Positions 1 to 10,989 of a stretch of 63,488 nucleotides of DNA are shown one piece after another (the first letter of the stretch is position 1; each line of letters opens with the position of its first letter). Source of the stretch: Candidatus Timburyella stercoris (GTDB lineage: Bacteria > Bacillota > Clostridia > Oscillospirales > Acutalibacteraceae); assembly GCA_904384255.1 (NCBI GenBank), contig CAJFJP010000001.1, positions 21,415 to 84,902 on the forward strand, in the 5' to 3' direction. A program made the translations under genes and the position numbers. The notes beneath the pieces are model-generated. The model made no database searches. It was not told where the DNA came from and was given only the letters and a program-made list of their open reading frames with translations.

Positions 1-1666
1 TTTTGACGACAGCAATGCAGACTATGACAATCACTGCTGCAACGACTGCCGCCGCGCATATGCATATTATCAAAACAGTATAGCTTGCGGGGAAAAGAGT
101 CTCAGCGGTTATGCTTTCATATGTGTGCAAATTTTCATTTTTTGACCATGTGGGATAATTAGTGGTTATGCTGGTTACACCGTTCTTGGCAAGCATAACT
201 ACATCATCTTCGCTGTTGACCGTCCACGCTTGCATAAGTATACCACGGTGAGAGGCCGCATTTACAAATTCGGCAGTGTGAATTATATTTTTATCGCCTG
301 TGCCGTAGATATAGTCGGCGGTAGCGGCCAAGCTCCCCAAAGAATCCATAACAATTTTGAGATTTTCATTGACCGACAAAGAAGCGTCATACTTGGGACT
401 TGTAAGATATCCCGTGCCGCAGTATGGGGCAAATTCATTTACATATTCAAGGCATACTCCGCCGAAAGAAATAAAGAATACCTGCTGCTCTACGCCCATC
501 TCCTCCATAAGTTTCACCATAGCTTCAACCGCTTCCTTGCGGGTATCCTTAATCTCAAGGAAAGTGATAATCTTAGGATTTTCCTGAAGCAGCTCAAACA
601 GCCATTCAAGCTTGCAGAACTGCTCGCTGTCAAACGCCCCCTGAGCCTTAAGAGTATACTTGCTGATATCTTCCCATGTATACTTGGTTATCGCACCTTT
701 GGCGGTTGTATCGGTAGTGTAGCCGTCCAGCGAGCCGTTATGATTGCAGATGAGTGAGCCGTCTGCCAGCATCCATACATCAGTTTCTATCGCGTCTCCG
801 CCAAGGCTTATCGTCTTTTCATAGCTTGCAAGAGAATTTTCCGGCGCAGCGGTGGGAGAGCCTCTATGTCCTACTATAAACGACTTGCGTATGGATACCG
901 GTTCCTCGCCTTTAACCTTTTTATACAAATTGTAGGCAGTATTAAAATTATCAACAGTTACACCGTTTGCACCGCAATCAACGGCGTCGAAGACACGCTG
1001 CTTGTCATTGTCGATGCCCGAGCTGAGCCATACGGCTATGCCGCGCAGCTGTAAGTATTCGGCGTCGTCTCTGCTCAATGCTTCATCCTGAGAAATTATC
1101 GCTATAGTAGCGTTGCCGATGTGAGTGTCAAGAGCAATCTGAGCGGCGCTGTTTTCCTCCGACACGGCGCCGGCAATATATGCATAGCGTATTGCGCAGG
1201 ACTCTATATTATAAGCCGCCAGTAAAACATCTGTATTATCAGATGCCAGCATAACATCATACATGTCATTTTCAACAACATAATTTGCAAAAGCTTCTGC
1301 TGTGGCAGCGTCGGATGTTGTAAACATTGGAATAACGGCAGTCGCACAAGCATCGAATATCTGAGCAATTGTGTATGAAGTGCCGCCTACAGAAACATTC
1401 AGGCTTTGATCTGCAATTTCAAATGACGCCACTTGAGTACGCTTGCCGTCAGTATTGAGTGAATTAAGCTTTTTTTCAGTATCAATTTTTGTAATAACTG
1501 TGGGAGGAGCTATAATTGATGTTTCCGGCTCATAAACCTCCTTCATCTGATAGGATGTACTGGCCTCAGCGCTTAATAAAGCTGCGGCGGGAGCGCTGCC
1601 AAGAGCCGAGATAGCTATGGCAAATGACATAGATAATCCTAAAAAGCCTTTAAGTATTTTTACCAT
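1..1666 (-). CDS. Glycerophosphodiester phosphodiesterase (GDPD) domain protein with signal peptide; 3' end runs off the window start
   Basis: Absent from the ORF track because there is no in-window stop. Reverse-strand ATG at 1666 (MVKILKGFLGLSMSFAIAISALG...) stays open to base 1. Contains GHRGSPTAAPENSLASYE...ETDVWMLADG (GDPD HRG / E-N signature). Hydrophobic stretch at the window edge. Confidence 0.8.
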   Translation of the reverse strand, partial: MVKILKGFLGLSMSFAIAISALGSAPAAALLSAEASTSYQMKEVYEPETSIIAPPTVITKIDTEKKLNSLNTDGKRTQVASFEIADQSLNVSVGGTSYTIAQIFDACATAVIPMFTTSDAATAEAFANYVVENDMYDVMLASDNTDVLLAAYNIESCAIRYAYIAGAVSEENSAAQIALDTHIGNATIAIISQDEALSRDDAEYLQLRGIAVWLSSGIDNDKQRVFDAVDCGANGVTVDNFNTAYNLYKKVKGEEPVSIRKSFIVGHRGSPTAAPENSLASYEKTISLGGDAIETDVWMLADGSLICNHNGSLDGYTTDTTAKGAITKYTWEDISKYTLKAQGAFDSEQFCKLEWLFELLQENPKIITFLEIKDTRKEAVEAMVKLMEEMGVEQQVFFISFGGVCLEYVNEFAPYCGTGYLTSPKYDASLSVNENLKIVMDSLGSLAATADYIYGTGDKNIIHTAEFVNAASHRGILMQAWTVNSEDDVVMLAKNGVTSITTNYPTWSKNENLHTYESITAETLFPASYTVLIICICAAAVVAAVIVIVCIAVVK

Positions 1667-1950
1667 TAATGCGCCTTCTTTCTTGTTATATTTGTACAAA
1701 ATTTATTATAATAAATAAATTAAAATGAAAATTATTTATTATAATAACATAACGCTAAAAATTTTACAAGTATTTTACATTTCTTTTAGAAAAATGCGGT
1801 GAAATAAGGATTTTATTTTTATCGTTTATGTTGCAGTTTAATAGGGTGTATATTATAATACTGCTGTGCATATTCAGATATGCTTAAGTAAAAATTAATT
1901 ATGTGCAAAATACAATGCTAAGACGTTTGTGGCAAAGAAAGGAGAACAAT

Positions 1951-2862
1951 ATGCGTCTGTCGGTTAAGGACATAGAAAAGTCGTTTGCATCGAAGCATGT
2001 GCTCAAGGGCGTGAGCTTTGAAAGCGAGAGCGGAGCCGCACTTGGACTTTTAGGACGAAATGGCGCCGGCAAAACGACAATAATAAGGATAATAATGGGT
2101 GTTTTTCCACCTGATTTAGGTAAAATTGAAATTGACGGGCAGAAAGTATCTCAGTCCGGCAAGAAATTTGGCTATTTGCCGGAGGAACGCGGTCTGTATC
2201 CAAAGCAGATAGTACTTAATCAGATAATATATGTTGGCATGCTGCGCGGAATGAATCGACATGATGCCAAGGAGTCGGCGCTTCGCTGGCTTAACCGTGT
2301 CGGGATGACAGAATACGCTGACAAAAAGCTTAATACTTTATCAAAGGGCAATCAGCAGAAAATACAGTTAGCGGCGACGCTTATAAACGATCCGGACATA
2401 ATTATACTTGACGAGCCGTTTTCTGGTCTCGACCCAGTAAACGCGCAGATGCTTAAGGACATAGTCGGCGAGCTGATAGACAGTAACAAAATAGTGCTGT
2501 TTTCCTCGCATCAAATGGGCTATGTTGAGCAGTTCTGCGATAATATAGCCATGCTTAATCAGGGTAAAATAGTACTTAGCGGAAATCTTAAGGAGATAAA
2601 GCGGGGTTATGATCGCAGTAAGGTGCTTATCTGCGCTGATATTCCGGATATAAAGGGAAAGCTGGCACAGCTTGAAATAGGCGGACTTGCTGAAAGCATA
2701 GAGTCTAAAGAGCCAGGCGAAGCGGTTATAAAGCTTAAAGATGCAGCTGATAAGGATAAACTGCTGCATAAGCTTATAGATTCCGATATAACTTTGGATA
2801 AATATGAAATTCTTGAGCCGACGCTTGAGGAAATATTTGTAGAAAAGGCGGGTGAAAAATAA
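1951..2862 (+). CDS. ABC transporter ATP-binding protein (ABC-2/NatA-like exporter ATPase)
   Basis: Walker A GRNGAGKTT, signature LSKGNQQK, Walker B IIILDEPFSGLD. ATG at 1951 sits 7 nt after GGAG, so I prefer it to the track's GTG at 1903. Confidence 0.85.
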   Translation: MRLSVKDIEKSFASKHVLKGVSFESESGAALGLLGRNGAGKTTIIRIIMGVFPPDLGKIEIDGQKVSQSGKKFGYLPEERGLYPKQIVLNQIIYVGMLRGMNRHDAKESALRWLNRVGMTEYADKKLNTLSKGNQQKIQLAATLINDPDIIILDEPFSGLDPVNAQMLKDIVGELIDSNKIVLFSSHQMGYVEQFCDNIAMLNQGKIVLSGNLKEIKRGYDRSKVLICADIPDIKGKLAQLEIGGLAESIESKEPGEAVIKLKDAADKDKLLHKLIDSDITLDKYEILEPTLEEIFVEKAGEK

Positions 2863-4133
2863 TGAAACAGCTTAAGACAGTATTTTTATATGAATATGGC
2901 AATTATATGAAAAATAAGGTGTTTTTAGTTTTTACAATAGTTGTAACAGCACTTATTATACTTTTCCTCTCGGTGCCGCCGCTGTTTTCAGATTCTATCA
3001 GCAGCATATTCGGCAGTAGCGGCTCAAATACTACGGCTGCCGTTGAGCGGACAAAAAGTCTGTTGATAGTCGACAAGGCCGGTATTTTTACCAGTGAAGA
3101 GGAAGCAGAAAAGATGCTGCCGGAGTATAATGTCAAGCTTCAAACTAGCGGCAGCGCCGAAGACGCAGCGATAAAGGATAGTATAAATAATGGCGAGTAT
3201 AATGGTGCATTTTTTATAAATTCCGGCACCGACTATACTTATATGAGCAAAAGCAATGGTATAACCACAGGTTTTGATTCTGATGAGATATATGCAGCAG
3301 TAAAAGCAAAATATCAGCTTAGTCTTTATAATGAAGCGGGACTTAGCCAGGAGCAGATATCTGCGCTTATGACCGCACCGCAGCTCACAGTAATAGAATC
3401 CGGCGGCAGTGACTTCGGCGACACATACATTTATACCTATGTGCTGCTAATGGTGCTTTATATAAGCATAATTCTATATGGGCAGTTAGTGGCGACGGCG
3501 ATAGCTACTGAGAAGAGTTCCCGCGCGATGGAACTGCTTATTACCTCCGCTAAGCCTAATAACTTAATATTTGGCAAAATACTCGGCACCGGCACGGCAG
3601 GGCTTACGCAGATAGGCATATGGCTTGCAGCTGTACTGGTATTCTATAATATAAACAGCAGCTTCTGGTCGCAGTACGAATTTATATCAAGAATATTCAG
3701 CATGCCGGTAGATATAGTCATATATGCGGTTATATTCTATGTGCTGGGATTTTTTATATTTGCGGCTCTTTATGGCGCGCTTGGCTCGCTTGTCAACCGC
3801 GTTGAGGAGATAAACACCGTAGCGCTGCCTGTTATAGTACTTGTGCTGGTAGGATTTTTTGGAGCTTTCACCGCAATGGCGTCGCCGAATAATCTAGTTG
3901 TTATAGTACTTTCATATATTCCTGTCTTTACACCGTTTATTATGTTTGTAAGAATTTGCGTCACCGATGTGCCGATGTACGGCATAATTATATCGATAGC
4001 GCTTACAGCTATTTCAGCGGTTGGAATAGGTATGCTGGCTTCGAAAATATATCGCTTAGGCACACTTATGTACGGCCAGCGCCCATCAGTTAAAGAGCTT
4101 GCAAAGATGCTTAAAAAGAGTAAATCATATTGA
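2862..4133 (+). CDS. ABC-2 type transporter permease (NatB-like)
   Basis: ATG overlaps the stop of the upstream ATPase (TAATG). N-terminal TM, large extracytoplasmic loop, then about 5 C-terminal TM helices, which is typical ABC-2 permease architecture. Confidence 0.7.
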   Translation: MKQLKTVFLYEYGNYMKNKVFLVFTIVVTALIILFLSVPPLFSDSISSIFGSSGSNTTAAVERTKSLLIVDKAGIFTSEEEAEKMLPEYNVKLQTSGSAEDAAIKDSINNGEYNGAFFINSGTDYTYMSKSNGITTGFDSDEIYAAVKAKYQLSLYNEAGLSQEQISALMTAPQLTVIESGGSDFGDTYIYTYVLLMVLYISIILYGQLVATAIATEKSSRAMELLITSAKPNNLIFGKILGTGTAGLTQIGIWLAAVLVFYNINSSFWSQYEFISRIFSMPVDIVIYAVIFYVLGFFIFAALYGALGSLVNRVEEINTVALPVIVLVLVGFFGAFTAMASPNNLVVIVLSYIPVFTPFIMFVRICVTDVPMYGIIISIALTAISAVGIGMLASKIYRLGTLMYGQRPSVKELAKMLKKSKSY

Positions 4134-4326
4134 TGCTTTAAGTGAAGTTTATGCTTTGGAACAAGGCGCTGTTAGGGTGAAGATGCACTTAAAAATTATA
4201 AATTTTACTGAGCTTTATTTTGTGCCAATATTATCTATATTTTAAAGCTTGTTGCAGTGCTGCTTTTACGTCAAAGCGGCAATGCCTGTTTAATTTAAAG
4301 TCTCCAATTTGCTAATTTTAATTTAC

Positions 4327-4366
4327 AAAACAAGACGCGAACTTTCCGCGTCTTGTTTTCTTTTCA
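4327..4366 (+). terminator. Rho-independent terminator of the ABC-2 operon
   Basis: CAAGACGCG-aactttc-CGCGTCTTG hairpin followed by TTTTCTTTTC. Confidence 0.7.
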
Positions 4367-4921
4367 GCTTAAGTTACAAGAATAGGAATTGGCCTAATGT
4401 GCCTAAATTTGAATTTTGGCATTTGTAAACGAAGCGGTCAGGTTCCCATTACAGCGCTTGTTTTAAGCGAGCTGAGCTTTACACACTGTTGTTAAGCAGA
4501 TTTAACAGGCAAGCCGGATCATGTCTGCAATCAATTTTATACTGCCGGCGAGTTCTACAGTTAGCATTTGGCAGAGTATGAATTTTATTTTTTAAGTTTC
4601 TTTTAAGTTGTGCGTTTCCGCCATGCAGAGAATGAAAGGTACAAAAGGAGCTATCTAAGCATTGGCTTGCCCGTCCGGCATACCGCCGTCCAACGCAGAC
4701 CGAATTAGAAGCTTGGACTATGAAGTCATTTTTTCTTAAAAGTTTTTTAATTTTTATAAATTTTCAGATGCTGCAACCTGTAAAAGTAAAGTTGGGGAAT
4801 TAATATTCGTCAGAGCATGGTATTTTACCATTGCCTGCACAAAACATTGATTTTTGCGGGCATTTATAGTAAAGTATAAATATTAATGAGTAAAATAGCA
4901 CAGTTTAAAAAGGGGAAAATA

Positions 4922-6679
4922 ATGGAGATTATAACAGAATTTTTAGCCGGCATAGTCGGCGATGCTTTTGAAAAATGCGGATATGACAGGTCAATGGGAA
5001 GAGTAACAATGTCTGATAGACTTGACCTTTGCCAATTTCAGTGTAACGGCGCGTTTGAGGGAGCAAAACGCTACAAAAAGGCGCCGTTCATAATAGCCGA
5101 TGAGGTTGTAGCGGCCATGGACAAATCACTTTTTTCAAAGGCAGAGGCTGTACGGCCCGGATTTATAAATCTCACTTTGTCTGATGGCGAGCTGCTTAAA
5201 TTTGCATGCGATGCGGCAGGCGAGGTGCCTGCTGTAAATGCGGGAGAAACTATAGTAATAGATTATGGCGGACCAAACGTTGCGAAGCCGCTTCACATAG
5301 GACATCTGCGCTCTGCGGTTATAGGCGAGTCGATTAAGCGTATACTCAAGGCCTGCGGGGCAAGAGTCATAGGCGATATACATCTGGGCGACTGGGGACT
5401 GCAGATAGGCCTTATCATCTCCGAGCTTAAACACCGTCATCCCGATTGGCGCTGCTTTGCACCGGACTTTGATGAAGGCTCCGATACTTTCCCCGACATA
5501 ACGATTGAGGACTTGAGCGAGATATATCCCTTTGCCAGCAAAAAGAGCAAGGAAGACGACGGCTTTAAGCGCGAGGCGCTAAAAGCTACAGCGGATTTAC
5601 AGAAGGGACAAGCCGGCTACATGGCGGTTTGGAAAAAGATAATGGCGGTATCTGTACCGGATTTAAAGCAAATTTACAATAGGCTGAATGTAAGCTTTGA
5701 CTGCTGGTACGGCGAGAGCGACGCTGAAAAATACGTAGATAAGCTTATGGAGGCACTGCGCGGGAAAAACCTGGTGAGAGAGAGCGACGGCGCTCTCGTC
5801 GTTGATGTGGCAAAAGATGATGACACTGCCGAAATTCCGCCGGTTATTGTGAAAAAGTCAGATGGCTCAAATATATATGCTACCACCGATCTTGCTACGA
5901 TAATACAGCGCCAGTGTGATTTTTCGCCTAATAAGATTTTGTATATAACTGACAGCCGCCAGTCGCTGCATTTTGAGCAGGTATTCAGGTGTGCAAGGCT
6001 TGCGCAGCTTATACCGGATGATACGGCGCTTGAGTTTTTGGGCTTTGGCACCGTCAACGGTCCTGACGGTAAGCCGTTTAAAACGCGAGACGGCGGCACG
6101 ATGCGTCTGGAAGAGTTGCTTAATATGGCGTCCGCCGCGGCACTGGAAAAGCTTAATGAATCCGCGCACATGAGTGATGAGGAAGATAATGAGCAAAAGA
6201 CTGATAAAGCGGAGAAAATCGGAATAGCTGCCATTAAATTCGGCGACTTGATAAATCAGAAGTCCAAGGATTATATATTTGATATGTCCAAGTTTTTGGC
6301 ATTTGAAGGCAAAACAGGCCCGTATATTTTATATACTGTAACACGTATAAATTCCATACTCAAAAAGCTGAATGTGCCATATGACAGTAACATAAAGCCG
6401 TCAGAGATATATTCCGACATTGAGCGTGAGCTGTATTTAAAAATGGCGTTGAGCGCCGATACTGTGATAAAAGCTGCGGCCGACCGTGCACCTAATATAA
6501 TATGTGAGAATTTATATCAGACGGCGGCACTGTTCTCGCGCTTTTATCACGATAACAGGATAATAGACGAGCCGAACGCGGCCAAAAGGGAAAACTGGAC
6601 GGCGCTTATAATAACTGTGAGAAAAGTGCTTATGCTCTATCTTAATTTACTGGGCATTGAAGCAGTAGACAGCATGTAA
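4922..6679 (+). CDS. argS: Arginine--tRNA ligase
   Basis: 585 aa. Class I HIGH motif (PLHIGHLRSA) and ArgS-typical N-terminus and length. ATG at 4922 follows AGGGG; I prefer it to the track start at 4886. Confidence 0.9.
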   Translation: MEIITEFLAGIVGDAFEKCGYDRSMGRVTMSDRLDLCQFQCNGAFEGAKRYKKAPFIIADEVVAAMDKSLFSKAEAVRPGFINLTLSDGELLKFACDAAGEVPAVNAGETIVIDYGGPNVAKPLHIGHLRSAVIGESIKRILKACGARVIGDIHLGDWGLQIGLIISELKHRHPDWRCFAPDFDEGSDTFPDITIEDLSEIYPFASKKSKEDDGFKREALKATADLQKGQAGYMAVWKKIMAVSVPDLKQIYNRLNVSFDCWYGESDAEKYVDKLMEALRGKNLVRESDGALVVDVAKDDDTAEIPPVIVKKSDGSNIYATTDLATIIQRQCDFSPNKILYITDSRQSLHFEQVFRCARLAQLIPDDTALEFLGFGTVNGPDGKPFKTRDGGTMRLEELLNMASAAALEKLNESAHMSDEEDNEQKTDKAEKIGIAAIKFGDLINQKSKDYIFDMSKFLAFEGKTGPYILYTVTRINSILKKLNVPYDSNIKPSEIYSDIERELYLKMALSADTVIKAAADRAPNIICENLYQTAALFSRFYHDNRIIDEPNAAKRENWTALIITVRKVLMLYLNLLGIEAVDSM

Positions 6680-7242
6680 TCCCATATTGATTAGCGTCGA
6701 GCGGGTCTGTGGTTTCTCGGCCCGATGCGGGAAAAATAAATAACTTAGAAAAATAATGGGGTAAAATTAGCTGCTTACAAATAAAGTCTTTTTTGCGCAA
6801 TTGAATGTGGCAAAGGCATATTGATTTTATGCTGCGATATTGCTTTGTCACACGTGGCTGGGCGATATGCAAACGACGAGCGCAGAAAGTAATTACAATA
6901 GCCTATGGCGGATTATTGCGGGCTGATTTAAAAAGTATGCGCACTGTTTGCGCCCATACTTTTTACAGTCAGACGTATCGGCAATATTAAATTTAATTTT
7001 GTTTTGCTTAAAACAGTGCGGCGCCTGCAAAAATGCATTTTGTCTTGCTGAAAATATTGAGGATATTTCGTACAAGCGGATGATAATATTTGCATAAGTC
7101 CTGTGGGACAGCGGCGATGAGCGTTATAGGAGCTGTGGTATAAAAGCGGTGATATATTCGGCACGATGCTGTCTGATTTTTGCGGAGACTTACATTTGAA
7201 TTTAATGTTAAGTAAAAATTATCTAATTTAAAGAGAATTGCT

Positions 7243-8121
7243 ATGAAGGATTTTACATTCATTCATCCAATACCCGTCGCCATTTACTTTTTGATTATAA
7301 TAGTAATATCGATGTTTGTAATGCATCCGGTATTCATAATGCTGTCGTTTATAGGGGCAGTCTGCGGCTGTGCTGTGTTTGACGGGCGGCGGGCCTTTAA
7401 AGGTATAAAATTTTATATAATAATTTTTTTTCTGACCTCGCTTATAAATCCGCTTATAGTACACCGCGGCCAAACGGTCATGTTTTATATAGGGCTTCGC
7501 GCCGTTACGGCCGAGGCGCTGCTTTACGGGTTTGCCATTGCCGGCGTGCTTATATCGGTGCTGCTGTGGTTTAGATGTATGGGATACATACTGACGGATG
7601 ATAAATTTATGTATCTGTTTGCGAACATGCTGCCGAAAACAGCGTTAGTTATAACTATTGTAATGCGTCTGGTCCCGATGTTTACAAAACAGCTTAAGAC
7701 ATCGTCATCTATGCAGAAATGTATGGGCATAGCGGGCGACGGTAGGCTTATTCCCCGTATTAAGACGGCGTCCCGCGTATTTTCAGCTAATATTTCCCGC
7801 TCGCTTGAGGAAGCGGTGGAGACGGCCGGCTCCATGCGCGCACGCGGCTATGGCGCAGCAAAGCGGAGCAGTTATAGCCTGTTTAAATTTAAAGGCTCAG
7901 ACATAGTATTCTTTGCTGTTACGGCATTTCTTTCAGCCGTTGTTATTGCCGGACTTGCGGCAGGCACAGCGGCTTTTTCATATTATCCGGCGGCAGATGT
8001 TATAAATATAAGCCCATTTAGCTTAACGGTTTATATATGCTATGGGGTGCTGTTGTTTCTGCCGACGCTATTATCGGCAGCAGGGAGGCTGAAATGGAGA
8101 TACTGCGTATCAGCAATCTAA
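7243..8121 (+). CDS. ecfT: ECF transporter transmembrane (T) component, EcfT/CbiQ family
   Basis: Polytopic membrane protein with a C-terminal ...SLEEAVETAGSMRARGY coupling-helix motif. First gene of a T / A-A / S operon. Confidence 0.75.
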   Translation: MKDFTFIHPIPVAIYFLIIIVISMFVMHPVFIMLSFIGAVCGCAVFDGRRAFKGIKFYIIIFFLTSLINPLIVHRGQTVMFYIGLRAVTAEALLYGFAIAGVLISVLLWFRCMGYILTDDKFMYLFANMLPKTALVITIVMRLVPMFTKQLKTSSSMQKCMGIAGDGRLIPRIKTASRVFSANISRSLEEAVETAGSMRARGYGAAKRSSYSLFKFKGSDIVFFAVTAFLSAVVIAGLAAGTAAFSYYPAADVINISPFSLTVYICYGVLLFLPTLLSAAGRLKWRYCVSAI

Positions 8122-9818
8122 GCTTTACATATCCTAAGAGAGATATACCGGCGCTTGACAATATATCCATGTCTGTAAACTGCGGGCAGTTTATAACAAT
8201 ATTTGGCCCGTCAGGCTGCGGCAAGACGACGTTGCTGCGGCTTATAAAGAAAGAGCTTGCCCCGCACGGCAAGTTAAAGGGCGATATAATTTACCGCGGC
8301 AGGAATATATCAGAATTAGACGCTTTGTCAAGTTGCGAGATAGGTTTTGTCATGCAGCGGCCGGAGAGTCAGATAGTAACTGATACAGTCTGGCACGAGC
8401 TTGCTTTTGGGCTGGAAAATATGGGACTGCCGGCGAGAATAATCCGCAGCAGGATAGCTGAGACAGCGGCATATTTTGGCATGGAAGATTGGTTTAATCA
8501 AGAAACAGCGCAGCTTTCGGGCGGACAAAAGCAGATGCTGAATTTAGCGTCGGTATTGGCGATGCGGCCGCGGCTTTTGCTGCTGGACGAGCCGTCGGCA
8601 CAGCTTGACCCTATAGGCGTGGAAGAGTTGTATTCAGCACTGCGCAGACTGAACGCTGAAACCGGCCTTACGGTAATAATGGCGGAGCATTGCCTACAAA
8701 ATGCTTTTGAGATGTCCGACCAGATTGTTTTAATGGATAATGGCAGGATAAAGGTATCAGCGCCGCCGGAGGATATTCTGGCTAAGCTTAAGTCCTGCGG
8801 ATTATGTGATAAATTTATGCCGGCGCTGCCGGAGCCTGTCAGAATTTTTGCCGATTTGACAGATAAAAGCACTGAGCAGCATAAATGCCCGGTAACGGTG
8901 AAGGAAAGCAGAGATTTTTTAACATCGCTCTGCTGCTCGCATGAAGAACAGGAGCCAAATAATATATCAGCGCCGGATGTTAAGATTAATACTAAAATTC
9001 CAGCGCGCCAAAGCAATAGCCGACCGGTGCTTGAAATAGTCGGTGCGTCGTTAAGGTATGAAAAAGATGGCAGAGATGTATTAAAAGATCTTTCATTTAC
9101 AGTCGAGCAGGGAGAAATATGCTGTCTGCTCGGCGGCAACGGCAGCGGAAAAACAACTCTGCTCAGCATGGTGTCAGGGCTTATAAGGCCTTATGAGGGC
9201 AAAGTGAAAATATTTGGCAAATCCTTAAAGGATTATAAAGGAAATTCGCTCTACCATGGCATTGTCGCCATGCTTCCGCAGGACGTTATGTCGGTGTTTA
9301 CTGGCGACAGTGTTGAGGAAGATATAGACAGCCACTGCCGGCTGCTCGGCCTGACGAAGGCTGAGATAGAAGAAAAAAAGAGCTATATATATAAACTCAT
9401 GAATATAGCGCATCTAAAGGGCAGACATCCGGCTGATTTAAGCGGAGGAGAGCAGCAAAAATGCGCCTTAGCGAAGATTTTGCTGTCAAATCCGCAGCTT
9501 TTGCTGTTGGACGAGCCATCAAAGGGAATGGATATTTTCGCAAAGAACGAACTGAAAGAAATATTAGAGTCGCTTAAAAATGAAGGAAAGACCGTTATAA
9601 TGGTCACGCACGATGTCGAATTTGCCTGCGGCGTGGCCGATGTTTGCGCCATGCTGTTTAGCGGCGGTATAGCATCAATCGGTACGCCGCGGGAGCTTTT
9701 TGCGGAGAATTACTACTATACCACTCCGGCAAGTCGGATATCACGCGGAATATTGGACGGTGCGGTCACTGTAGAAGAGGTGATAAAGCTTTGCAGAGCA
9801 CGTCTAAATCGGCAGTAA
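8094..9818 (+). CDS. ECF transporter fused double ATPase (two ABC domains, YkoD-like layout)
   Basis: Two full ABC cassettes: GPSGCGKTT / LSGGQKQ / LLLLDEP and GGNGSGKTT / LSGGEQQ / LLLLDEP. ATG at 8094 follows GGGAGG and overlaps the ecfT 3' end. Confidence 0.85.
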   Translation: MEILRISNLSFTYPKRDIPALDNISMSVNCGQFITIFGPSGCGKTTLLRLIKKELAPHGKLKGDIIYRGRNISELDALSSCEIGFVMQRPESQIVTDTVWHELAFGLENMGLPARIIRSRIAETAAYFGMEDWFNQETAQLSGGQKQMLNLASVLAMRPRLLLLDEPSAQLDPIGVEELYSALRRLNAETGLTVIMAEHCLQNAFEMSDQIVLMDNGRIKVSAPPEDILAKLKSCGLCDKFMPALPEPVRIFADLTDKSTEQHKCPVTVKESRDFLTSLCCSHEEQEPNNISAPDVKINTKIPARQSNSRPVLEIVGASLRYEKDGRDVLKDLSFTVEQGEICCLLGGNGSGKTTLLSMVSGLIRPYEGKVKIFGKSLKDYKGNSLYHGIVAMLPQDVMSVFTGDSVEEDIDSHCRLLGLTKAEIEEKKSYIYKLMNIAHLKGRHPADLSGGEQQKCALAKILLSNPQLLLLDEPSKGMDIFAKNELKEILESLKNEGKTVIMVTHDVEFACGVADVCAMLFSGGIASIGTPRELFAENYYYTTPASRISRGILDGAVTVEEVIKLCRARLNRQ

Positions 9819-10498
9819 AAAAGTTTATCAGTTGTGCCTTTATCGCCGGTGTAATACCTGCAGTTATTATTGCAATGTGCGTTTTGCTTTTTAAGCGGGA
9901 GCAATATGCTATCATTATAGTAGTAGCGGCAATATTAGCTTGTGTTCCGTTTTTTGTCAGGTTTGAGCGTGGCAGTCACAGCGCGGAGGAAATAATGCTT
10001 GTTGCAGTAATGACAGCGCTGGCGGTTGCAGGCAGGATCGTATTTTTACCTCTTCCGAGCATAAAGCCGGTGACAGCGATAGTGATATTTACCGGCATGT
10101 ATTTTGGGGCAGAGGCGGGATTTATGACAGGAGCATTGTCAGCGGTAATATCGAATATGTTTTTCGGACAAGGACCGTGGACGCCTTTCCAGATGCTGAG
10201 CTGGGGCATAATAGGCTTTATTGCAGGAATAATTGCTCCGCTTTTAAAAAAAGGACGACTGCCGCTTTGCATATATGGATTGTTTTCCGGCGTCGCCTTT
10301 TCATTAATAATGGATATATATACTGTACTATGGCAAGAGCAGGGCGGGTTTAATATATTAAGATATATTTTTTATGTTATGGCTTCTCTGCCTATGATGA
10401 TAACATATGCGGTTACAAATGTAATTTTCCTTCTTTTGCTTGCAGGGCCGGTCGGCAGGCGGCTGAGCCGTATAACGGTAAAATATGGCATAGGCTAA
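9791..10498 (+). CDS. ECF transporter substrate-specific (S) component-like membrane protein, substrate unknown
   Basis: About 6 TM helices; last gene of the ECF operon. TTG at 9791 follows GAGGTG by 7 nt and is the only upstream start that keeps the first TM helix. Confidence 0.55.
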   Translation: MQSTSKSAVKKFISCAFIAGVIPAVIIAMCVLLFKREQYAIIIVVAAILACVPFFVRFERGSHSAEEIMLVAVMTALAVAGRIVFLPLPSIKPVTAIVIFTGMYFGAEAGFMTGALSAVISNMFFGQGPWTPFQMLSWGIIGFIAGIIAPLLKKGRLPLCIYGLFSGVAFSLIMDIYTVLWQEQGGFNILRYIFYVMASLPMMITYAVTNVIFLLLLAGPVGRRLSRITVKYGIG

Positions 10499-10989
10499 TG
10501 AAGCAAAATGGCAGCGGCTATTAATGTAACGAAAGTTTATCAAGTAAGATGCAGCATATGACAATAGATCGCAAATTGAATAAGTTTAGCTGTGCCGCTT
10601 AGCTTTATTTTCAAAAAATACACGCTGCATCAATGCTTTGCCAATGACAAAGTGAGCTTTTTACAGTCATAGATAAGGCGTTTAATACGATTTATACGTT
10701 GCTATGGAGATAAAGATGTTTTATTGCCCGATGACAATTTCTGCTTTTTATCTTGGATATAAAATAAATCCTTCGATGTTTTATAAAAACGCCGGAGGAT
10801 TATTTTATATTTAAATAATTTTACCAGAGCAATTTTCCAAAACTAATAATCTTAAATTTAAACAGCAGCTTAATTATAAAATTGGAAATATATTATTAAA
10901 ATTCATTTTACAATGTTTGTACAATGCGTAATTTTACAGAAATCTACGTCAAAAATTATCGCATATTATAAAAACTATAAAAGATACAA

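Noticed and set aside
4367-4885. Possible T-box leader upstream of argS (AGAGAAUGAAAGGUAC and AAUUAGAAGCUUGGA resemble parts of stem I and the T-box).
   Set aside because: The conserved T-box core (GGGUGGUACCGCG) is absent. No convincing antiterminator/terminator pair is present, and only a 4-bp hairpin precedes the T-run. This needs a covariance-model search, so I am not calling it.
6680-7242. Possible riboswitch (TPP, cobalamin or THF) in the 560-nt leader of the ECF transporter operon.
   Set aside because: I found no CUGAGA/ACCUGAUCUGGAUAAUGCCAGCG (TPP) string, no B12 box or GCCACUG string, and no other signature I can recognise. cmscan would be decisive.
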